Below, piece by piece: positions 25,961 through 32,000 of a stretch of 32,000 bases of DNA. The position numbers were made by a program, and so were the translations under genes. The notes below the pieces were generated by a model. That model saw only the letters and a program-made list of their open reading frames with translations, was not told where the DNA came from and searched no databases. Source of the stretch: Rhodobacter capsulatus SB 1003 (GTDB lineage: Bacteria; Pseudomonadota; Alphaproteobacteria; Rhodobacterales; Rhodobacteraceae); the NCBI RefSeq assembly GCF_000021865.1, contig NC_014034.1, positions 1,170,001-1,202,000 of the forward strand, in the 5' to 3' direction. The stretch's first letter is position 1; the number at the start of each line of letters is the position of its first letter.

Positions 25961-26011
25961 GCGTATTTGGACCAAGAAAAAGCCCATGGTTTCTTCTTGG
26001 TCCAAATACGC
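25961..26011. repeat. Perfect 18-bp inverted repeat built from two copies of the dispersed motif (copy 3 and its inverse)
   Basis: GCGTATTTGGACCAAGAA (25961-25978) and TTCTTGGTCCAAATACGC (25994-26011), separated by 15 nt, in the aroA-cmk spacer. Confidence 0.9.
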
Positions 26012-26046
26012 AAACTGCAACGTAAAAGCCCCGTGCGAGGTTCAAG

Positions 26047-26634
26047 ATGATTTTCACCGTGGCGATCGACGGGCCTGCCGCAGCGGGCAAGGGCACGATT
26101 TCGCGCGCCGTGGCCGAACGCTTCGGCTTTGCGCATCTCGATACCGGGGCGCTTTATCGCGCCGTGGGCGTCAAGGGCGGCGATCCGGTGGCCGCCGCGC
26201 GCGGGCTGACGCCCGCGGATCTGGCGCGGGATGATCTGCGCACGCTGGAAGCGGGGCAGGCGGCCTCGAAGGTCGCCGTGATCCCCGAGGTGCGGCAAGC
26301 TCTGCTTGACTTTCAGCGCGACTTTGCCCGGCGCGCCGGTGGCGCGGTGCTGGACGGGCGCGACATCGGCACCGTCATCTGCCCCGAAGCCGAGGTGAAG
26401 CTCTTCGTCACCGCCAGCCCCGAGGTGCGGGCGCATCGGCGCTGGCTGGAGGTCGGCGGCGACGCCGCGCAGGTGCTCGCCGAGGTGAAGGAGCGCGACG
26501 CCCGCGACATGACCCGCGCCGATGCGCCGCTCAAACCCGCTGCGGATGCCGTGGTGATCGACACGTCACGTCTGAGCATCGAGGAAGCCATCGCGGCGGC
26601 CTGCGCGGTGGTGTCCGAACGGCTGTGCAAATAG
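26047..26634 (+). CDS. cmk: Cytidylate kinase
   Basis: P-loop [22 protein letters not shown] and DGRDIGTV. Confidence 0.93.
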   Translation: MIFTVAIDGPAAAGKGTISRAVAERFGFAHLDTGALYRAVGVKGGDPVAAARGLTPADLARDDLRTLEAGQAASKVAVIPEVRQALLDFQRDFARRAGGAVLDGRDIGTVICPEAEVKLFVTASPEVRAHRRWLEVGGDAAQVLAEVKERDARDMTRADAPLKPAADAVVIDTSRLSIEEAIAAACAVVSERLCK

Positions 26635-26712
26635 GCGCAGAAGCTTTCGTTGCTTCGTGCGGTTGTGCGCATATCTTGGCGCCACACGCTCAACCGCGAA
26701 AGGATGCCCCCG

Positions 26713-27345
26713 ATGTTGCTTGATACCCTGAACTGGCGCTATGCGACGAAAAAGATGGACCCGGCCAAGGCCGTTTCCGAAGACAAGGTCGAAAAGATCG
26801 TGACCGCGGCGCAGATGGCGCCGACCTCCTCGGGGCTGCAGCCCTTTGAAATTCTGGTGATCACCAACAAGGATCTGCGCGCCAAGATCTCGGCCGCGGC
26901 TTTCGGTCAGACCCAGATCACCGATGGCTCGCATCTGGTCGTCTTTGCCGCCTGGGACAATTACACCGCCGCGCGCATCGACGCGGTGGTCGATCTGCAT
27001 GTCGCCGAACGCGGCATCCCGCGCGAGATGGTGCAGCCCTATTACGACAACCTCAAGGCGATGTATCTGGCCCGCAGCGAAGAGGTGAACGCCGCCCATG
27101 CCGCGCATCAGGCCTATATCGCCTTCGGCATCGCGCTGGCGCAGGCGGCCGAGCTGGAAGTCGACGCGACCCCGATGGAGGGTTTCGATCCGGCCGCGGT
27201 GGATGAAATCCTGGGTCTGCGGGAAAAGGGCCTGCGCGCCGTCACGCTGATGCCGCTGGGCTACCGCGCCGCCGAGGGCGACTGGCTGGCTGGCATGAAG
27301 AAGGTGCGCAAGCCGCTTTCGGAGCTGGTGACCCGCATCGACTGA
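26713..27345 (+). CDS. Nitroreductase-family NAD(P)H oxidoreductase
   Basis: MLLDTLNWRYATKKM...APTSSGLQPFEILVI...TPMEGFD are typical of the nitroreductase fold. An alternative start is ATG 26704. Confidence 0.8.
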   Translation: MLLDTLNWRYATKKMDPAKAVSEDKVEKIVTAAQMAPTSSGLQPFEILVITNKDLRAKISAAAFGQTQITDGSHLVVFAAWDNYTAARIDAVVDLHVAERGIPREMVQPYYDNLKAMYLARSEEVNAAHAAHQAYIAFGIALAQAAELEVDATPMEGFDPAAVDEILGLREKGLRAVTLMPLGYRAAEGDWLAGMKKVRKPLSELVTRID

Positions 27346-27365
27346 GGCACCGGGGCCGAAAACCC

Positions 27366-27394
27366 TTGCCCCACAGGCGATTCCCGCCTATAGG
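27366..27394 (+). promoter_or_regulatory. Candidate sigma-70 promoter for rpsA
   Basis: TTGCCC (27366-27371), a 17-nt spacer, then TATAGG (27389-27394). It is followed by an 8-bp GC hairpin GGGGGCAG/CTGCCCCC (27409-27432) in the leader. Sequence resemblance only. Confidence 0.35.
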
Positions 27395-27506
27395 GGCCAC
27401 GTCCGCAAGGGGGCAGGCGCAGGTCTGCCCCCTTCGGCATACGCAACGAAAGACCGGCGGAGCCAACCGCATGGCCAGAAAACCCACATAAAGGAAACTA
27501 GACCGC

Positions 27507-29186
27507 ATGTGCGCCAAAGCTAGCATGGAAGAATTCGAAGCCCTTCTGAAGGAAAGCTTCGAGATCGACACCCCCCAGGAAGGGTCTGTCGTCAAGGGTA
27601 AGGTCATCGCCATCGAGGCGGGCCAGGCCATCATCGACGTCGGCTACAAGATGGAAGGCCGCGTTGATCTGAAAGAATTCGCGAATCCCGGTGAAGCTCC
27701 CTCGATCGCCGTCGGCGACGAGGTCGAAGTTTACCTCGATCGCGTCGAAAACGCCCGTGGCGAAGCCGTCATCTCGCGCGAGAAAGCCCGTCGCGAAGAA
27801 GCCTGGGACCGTCTCGAAAAAGCCTATGCCAGCGAAGAGCGCGTCGATGGCGCCATCTTCGGGCGCGTCAAGGGCGGCTTCACCGTCGATCTGGGCGGCG
27901 CCGTGGCCTTCCTGCCGGGCAGCCAGGTCGACGTCCGTCCGGTGCGCGACGCGGGCCCGCTCATGGGTCTCAAGCAGCCGTTCCAGATCCTCAAGATGGA
28001 CCGTCGTCGTGGCAACATCGTTGTCTCGCGTCGCGCCATCCTGGAAGAATCGCGGGCCGAACAGCGCGCCGAAGTCATCGGCAACCTGACCGAAGGTCAG
28101 ATCGTCGACGGCGTCGTGAAGAACATCACCGAATACGGTGCCTTCGTTGATCTGGGCGGCGTCGATGGCCTGCTCCATGTCACCGACATGGCCTGGCGCC
28201 GCGTCAACCACCCGTCGGAGATCCTCACGATCGGCGAGACCGTCAAGGTCCAGGTCGTCAAGATCAACAAGGACACCCACCGCATCAGCCTCGGCATGAA
28301 GCAGTTGCTGAACGACCCGTGGGATTCGGTGGAAACCAAATTCGCGCTGGGTTCGGTCCACAAGGGCCGCGTCACCAACATCACCGATTACGGCGCCTTC
28401 GTGGAGCTGGAAGCCGGTGTCGAGGGTCTGGTGCACGTCTCGGAAATGTCCTGGACCAAGAAGAACGTCCACCCCGGCAAGATCGTCTCGACCTCGCAGG
28501 AAGTCGACGTCATGGTGCTGGAGATCGACACCGCGAAACGTCGCGTCTCGCTCGGCCTCAAGCAATGCCTGCGCAACCCGTGGGAAGCCTTTGCCGATGC
28601 CCATCCGGTGGGCAGCGTGATCGAGGGTGAAGTCAAGAACATCACCGAATTCGGTCTGTTCATCGGCCTTGAAAACGACATCGACGGCATGGTGCACCTG
28701 TCCGACCTGTCGTGGGACAAGCGCGGCGAAGAAGCGATCCAGGAATACCGCAAGGGCGACGTCGTGCGCGCGGCGGTCACCGAAGTCGACACCGACAAGG
28801 AACGCATCTCGCTCTCGATCAAGGCGCTGGATGCCGACACCTTCTCGGATGCGGTCGATGGCGTGAAACGGGGCTCGGTGATCACCGTGAACGTCACCGC
28901 GATCGAAGACGGCGGCATCGAGGTCGAATACAACGGCATGAAGTCCTTCATCCGCCGTTCGGATCTGGCCCGCGACCGTGCCGATCAGCGCCCCGAGCGC
29001 TTCCAGGTGGGCGATCACGTCGATGTGCGCGTCGTCAACATCGACAGCAAGACCCGCAAGCTGGGCGTGTCGATCAAGGCGCGCGAGATCGCCGAAGAGA
29101 AGGAAGCCGTGGAGCAATACGGCTCGTCCGACTCGGGCGCCTCGCTCGGCGACATCCTCGGCGCCGCGCTCAAGGGCCGCGAATAA
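27507..29186 (+). CDS. rpsA: 30S ribosomal protein S1
   Basis: Several S1/OB repeats, for example VKGKVIAIEAGQAIIDVG, VDGVVKNITEYGAFVDLGGVDGLLHVTDM, HKGRVTNITDYGAFVELEAGVEGLVHVSEM and IEGEVKNITEFGLFIGLENDIDGMVHLSDL. The start could instead be ATG 27525. Confidence 0.97.
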   Translation: MCAKASMEEFEALLKESFEIDTPQEGSVVKGKVIAIEAGQAIIDVGYKMEGRVDLKEFANPGEAPSIAVGDEVEVYLDRVENARGEAVISREKARREEAWDRLEKAYASEERVDGAIFGRVKGGFTVDLGGAVAFLPGSQVDVRPVRDAGPLMGLKQPFQILKMDRRRGNIVVSRRAILEESRAEQRAEVIGNLTEGQIVDGVVKNITEYGAFVDLGGVDGLLHVTDMAWRRVNHPSEILTIGETVKVQVVKINKDTHRISLGMKQLLNDPWDSVETKFALGSVHKGRVTNITDYGAFVELEAGVEGLVHVSEMSWTKKNVHPGKIVSTSQEVDVMVLEIDTAKRRVSLGLKQCLRNPWEAFADAHPVGSVIEGEVKNITEFGLFIGLENDIDGMVHLSDLSWDKRGEEAIQEYRKGDVVRAAVTEVDTDKERISLSIKALDADTFSDAVDGVKRGSVITVNVTAIEDGGIEVEYNGMKSFIRRSDLARDRADQRPERFQVGDHVDVRVVNIDSKTRKLGVSIKAREIAEEKEAVEQYGSSDSGASLGDILGAALKGRE

Positions 29187-29206
29187 TCTTTCCCGCAAGG
29201 GATCGG

Positions 29207-29238
29207 AAAGGCCCCGCTTTTGCGGGGCCTTTTGCTTT
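29207..29238 (+). terminator. Rho-independent terminator after rpsA
   Basis: AAAGGCCCCGC-TTTT-GCGGGGCCTTT hairpin followed by TGCTTT. Confidence 0.8.
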
Positions 29239-29384
29239 GCGCGATTCGCCACGGGGGGGCGCGTCGGGGGCGAAACCGGCTTTCCGCGGGGTAAGCCGAT
29301 GGGTGCGTGCGTCCGAGCGCCGCAGATCGGGCCCGAAACCGCGATGGCATGCGATAATTTCCCGCCTTTCCAAGCCATTGCTGT

Positions 29385-29412
29385 TTGTGTCGCGGAAAAT
29401 TCCTCCTATAGT
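29385..29412 (+). promoter_or_regulatory. Candidate promoter for ihfB
   Basis: TTGTGT (29385-29390), a 16-nt spacer, then TATAGT (29407-29412), about 50 nt upstream of the ihfB ATG. Sequence resemblance only. Confidence 0.3.
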
Positions 29413-29461
29413 CGGCGCAAGAACCAGTCCGGGTCGAGCCGGGTGACGGGGGAGATGACGC

Positions 29462-29749
29462 ATGATCCGCTCTGAATTGATCGCCAAGATCGCCGAAGAG
29501 AATCCGCATCTGTTTCAGCGCGACGTGGAGAAGATCGTGAACACGATCTTCGAAGAGATCATCGAGGCGATGGCCCGCGGTGATCGCGTCGAGCTGCGCG
29601 GCTTTGGCGCCTTTTCGGTGAAGAAACGGGACGCTAGAACCGGGCGCAATCCGCGCACCGGCACATCGGTCGCGGTGGATGAAAAACACGTGCCCTTCTT
29701 CAAGACCGGCAAGCTTTTGCGTGACCGGCTGAACGGGGGAGAGGAGTAA
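29462..29749 (+). CDS. ihfB: Integration host factor subunit beta
   Basis: [17 protein letters not shown]...[38 protein letters not shown]. Confidence 0.95.
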   Translation: MIRSELIAKIAEENPHLFQRDVEKIVNTIFEEIIEAMARGDRVELRGFGAFSVKKRDARTGRNPRTGTSVAVDEKHVPFFKTGKLLRDRLNGGEE

Positions 29750-29755
29750 GACCCG

Positions 29756-30112
29756 ATGTTCCGCGCGATCCGCTACCTGTTCCTGGCTTGCCTGATCCTT
29801 GTTCTGGTGACGCTGGCGATGTCCAACCGCGAGGTGGTGACGCTGAGCCTGCTGACCTCCGAGATCGAGGCTTTCGTGGGCTTCAACCTGCATCTGCCGG
29901 TGCCGCTGTTCTTCGTCTTCTTCGGCGGCATGGTGCTGGGGCTGGGCGTCGGCTTCGTCTGGGAATATCTGCGCGAGCATCGCTTCCGCAAGACCGCCCG
30001 CAAGGCGACGAAACAGGCCGCGACGCTGGAGCGCGAACTGGGGCGGCTGAAGGAAAAGACGCAGGGCCCGAAGGACGAGGTTCTGGCGCTGCTCGACAAG
30101 CCGCGCGCCTGA
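29756..30112 (+). CDS. LapA/YciS-like (DUF1049) inner-membrane protein
   Basis: Two predicted TM helices followed by a charged coiled tail ([16 protein letters not shown]). Sits in the conserved position between ihfB and trpF in alphaproteobacteria. Confidence 0.75.
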   Translation: MFRAIRYLFLACLILVLVTLAMSNREVVTLSLLTSEIEAFVGFNLHLPVPLFFVFFGGMVLGLGVGFVWEYLREHRFRKTARKATKQAATLERELGRLKEKTQGPKDEVLALLDKPRA

Positions 30113-30119
30113 GGGCGCC

Positions 30120-30791
30120 GTGGTCACCGTCGCCGTCAACCGTGGCCGCCCCGGCGGGGTGCGCTGCAAGATCTGCGGGCTGAGAACCCCGGCCGATGTG
30201 GGAGCTGCCGCGATGGCGGGGGCGGGCTACATCGGCCTTGTGTTTTTCCCCCGCTCGCCCCGGCATCTGGAGATCGGTGCCGCCCGCGATCTGGCGCTGG
30301 CCGCGCCGGTGGGGCTGGCCAAGGTCGGGCTGGTCGTCGATGCCGAGGACGCGGATCTGGAGGCGATCACCGCCTCGGTGCCGCTCGACATGCTGCAACT
30401 TCATGGGCGCGAAAGCCCGGCCCGGGTGGCCGAGGTGAAGGCGCGGTTCGGCCTGCCGGTGATGAAGGCCCTGGGCGTGGCCGAGGCGGCCGATCTGGCG
30501 GCGATCGCCGAATATGAGGCGGTGGCGGATCAGATCCTGATCGATGCGAAAGCGCCGAAGGGCGCGGCGCTGCCGGGCGGCAATGGCCTGTCTTTCGACT
30601 GGCGGCTGATTGCGGGCCGGGTCTGGCAACGTCCGTGGATGCTGGCCGGGGGGCTGACGCCAGAGAACGTGGCGGAAGCGGTGCGGCTGACCGGGGCGGC
30701 TCAGGTCGACGTGTCGTCGGGGGTGGAATCGGCGCCCGGGGTCAAGGAGGCCGCCCGGATTGCCGCCTTTGTCGCGGCGGCGCAGGGGTAG
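30120..30791 (+). CDS. trpF: N-(5'-phosphoribosyl)anthranilate isomerase
   Basis: [26 protein letters not shown] and [11 protein letters not shown]. The start is uncertain (GTG 30120 or GTG 30159). Confidence 0.88.
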   Translation: MVTVAVNRGRPGGVRCKICGLRTPADVGAAAMAGAGYIGLVFFPRSPRHLEIGAARDLALAAPVGLAKVGLVVDAEDADLEAITASVPLDMLQLHGRESPARVAEVKARFGLPVMKALGVAEAADLAAIAEYEAVADQILIDAKAPKGAALPGGNGLSFDWRLIAGRVWQRPWMLAGGLTPENVAEAVRLTGAAQVDVSSGVESAPGVKEAARIAAFVAAAQG

Positions 30792-30817
30792 GGTGGGGTT
30801 TCACCCCCACACCCCCA

Positions 30818-30840
30818 GCGTATTTTGGCCAAGAAGAAAC
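30818..30840 (+). repeat. Dispersed intergenic motif, copy 4 (GCGTATTTTGGCCAAGAAGAAAC)
   Basis: Lies in the trpF-trpB spacer and is preceded by a C-rich tract, as copy 1 is. Confidence 0.7.
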
Positions 30841-30907
30841 AGGAACTTTACCCCGAGGGGGGGGCGCGCTATCTGCTGTTGGCGCGTGAAGGACAAAGGG
30901 GACGGCG

Positions 30908-32000
30908 ATGGCGGAAGATCGGCTCAACAGTTTCATGACGGCTCCGGACGAGAGCGGCCGGTTCGGCATTCACGGCGGGCGCTTCGTGTCCGAAACGCTG
31001 ATGCCGCTGATCCTTGAACTCGAGGCGCAATACGAGCACGCCAAGACCGACCCGAGCTTCTGGGCCGAGATGGAGGCGCTTTGGAAGCATTACGTCGGCC
31101 GTCCCTCGCCGCTTTATTTCGCGCCGCGGATGACCGAGGAGCTGGGCGGCGCCAAAGTCTATCTGAAGCGCGAGGAGCTGAACCACACCGGCGCGCACAA
31201 GATCAACAACGTGCTGGGGCAGATTTTGCTCGCCCGGCGCATGGGCAAGACCCGGATCATCGCCGAGACCGGGGCGGGGCAGCATGGCGTGGCGACGGCC
31301 ACCGTCTGCGCGAAGTTCGGGCTGCAATGCATTGTTTACATGGGCGCCACCGACGTTGAACGTCAGGCGCCGAACGTGTTCCGGATGAAGTTGCTCGGCG
31401 CCGAGGTGGTGCCGGTGACCTCTGGTCGCGGCACGCTGAAAGATGCGATGAACGATGCTTTGCGCGACTGGGTGACCAATGTGCGCGACACGTTCTATTG
31501 CATCGGCACCGTCGCGGGGCCTGCGCCCTATCCGGCGATGGTGCGGGATTTCCAGTCGATCATCGGCAAGGAAACCCGCTGGCAGCTGCAGGAACAAGAG
31601 GGCGAAGGCCGTCTGCCCGACACGATCATCGCCTGCGTCGGCGGCGGCTCGAACGCCATGGGGCTGTTCCATCCGTTCCTGGATGACCCTTCGGTGCGCA
31701 TCATCGGGGTCGAGGCCGGAGGGCTTGGGGTGGACGACCGGATGCAGCATTGCGCGTCCTTGACCGGCGGGCGCCCGGGCGTGCTGCATGGCAACCGCAC
31801 CTATCTGTTGCAGGACGAGGACGGGCAGATCCTGGAGGGGCATTCGATCTCGGCCGGCCTTGATTATCCGGGCATCGGGCCGGAGCATTCGTGGCTGCAT
31901 GACATCAAGCGCGCCGAATATGTCTCGATCTCCGATGCCGAGGCGCTCGACGCCTTCCAGTTCTGCTGTCGGACCGAGGGGATCATTCCGGCCTTGGAAA
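30908..32000 (+). CDS. trpB: Tryptophan synthase beta chain; 3' end outside the window
   Basis: Hand translation from ATG 30908 gives [35 protein letters not shown]...[15 protein letters not shown].... AAAGGGGA SD upstream. The frame stays open to the window end, which is why it is absent from the ORF track. Confidence 0.95.
   Translation, partial: MAEDRLNSFMTAPDESGRFGIHGGRFVSETLMPLILELEAQYEHAKTDPSFWAEMEALWKHYVGRPSPLYFAPRMTEELGGAKVYLKREELNHTGAHKINNVLGQILLARRMGKTRIIAETGAGQHGVATATVCAKFGLQCIVYMGATDVERQAPNVFRMKLLGAEVVPVTSGRGTLKDAMNDALRDWVTNVRDTFYCIGTVAGPAPYPAMVRDFQSIIGKETRWQLQEQEGEGRLPDTIIACVGGGSNAMGLFHPFLDDPSVRIIGVEAGGLGVDDRMQHCASLTGGRPGVLHGNRTYLLQDEDGQILEGHSISAGLDYPGIGPEHSWLHDIKRAEYVSISDAEALDAFQFCCRTEGIIPALE

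Noticed and set aside
27498-29378. 626-aa minus-strand ORF opposite rpsA. Similar long antisense ORFs are 19678..22146(-), 24487..26436(-), 15591..17111(-), 22372..23454(-), 30869..31900(-) and 2460..3671(-)
   Set aside because: Each lies opposite an unambiguous housekeeping gene (rpsA, corC/lnt, aroA, miaB, metK, trpB, yhiN-like). None has recognisable motifs, and their composition mirrors the sense strand.
23653-30840. Dispersed GCGTATTT..CCAAGAAGAAAC copies as a CRISPR array
   Set aside because: Copies are 0.9-4.8 kb apart, separated by housekeeping genes, occur in both orientations, and there are no cas genes. No regularly spaced repeat-spacer structure exists anywhere in the window.

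Overview
High-GC alphaproteobacterial chromosome segment, most consistent with Rhodobacterales. This rests on a SAM/SAH-type leader before metK and the gene order miaB / phoH-ybeY-corC-lnt / metK / trmB / aroA / cmk / rpsA-ihfB-lapA-trpF-trpB. About 80% of the window is ordinary core genome, and I could place those genes from conserved motifs in the translations. Most of the long ORFs in the six-frame track are antisense artefacts of high GC.

The accessory part is a roughly 6 kb island at about 4.0-10.3 kb, between a YhiN/BaiN-like flavoprotein gene and a conserved minus-strand operon. Imperfect direct copies of a ~120 bp non-coding element sit at both edges. From left to right the island holds:
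- an IS5/IS427-type element with a broken transposase frame;
- an AT-rich stretch containing a relic of a second copy of one island gene;
- an apparently intact hipB/hipA-like toxin-antitoxin pair;
- a minus-strand three-gene module (Lon-type AAA+ ATPase without a protease domain, a 175-aa unknown and a 145-aa unknown), in which the ATPase is 5'-truncated and carries an in-frame TAG;
- a rearranged IS21 (istA/istB) relic.

I regard the ATPase module plus hipBA as the best candidate for an uncharacterised mobile-element or defence-type system, but it is visibly decayed here.

Other points of note:
- an RsbQ-like alpha/beta hydrolase translationally coupled to a PAS-PAS-GGDEF(degenerate)-EAL protein;
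- a 54-codon ORF overlapping the hemP start (ATGA);
- two adjacent secreted proteins sharing a Cys-containing module;
- a dispersed intergenic motif family (GCGTATTT..CCAAGAAGAAAC), including a perfect 18-bp inverted pair.

No rRNA or CRISPR array was seen. All family names come from motif recognition by eye; no database search was possible.
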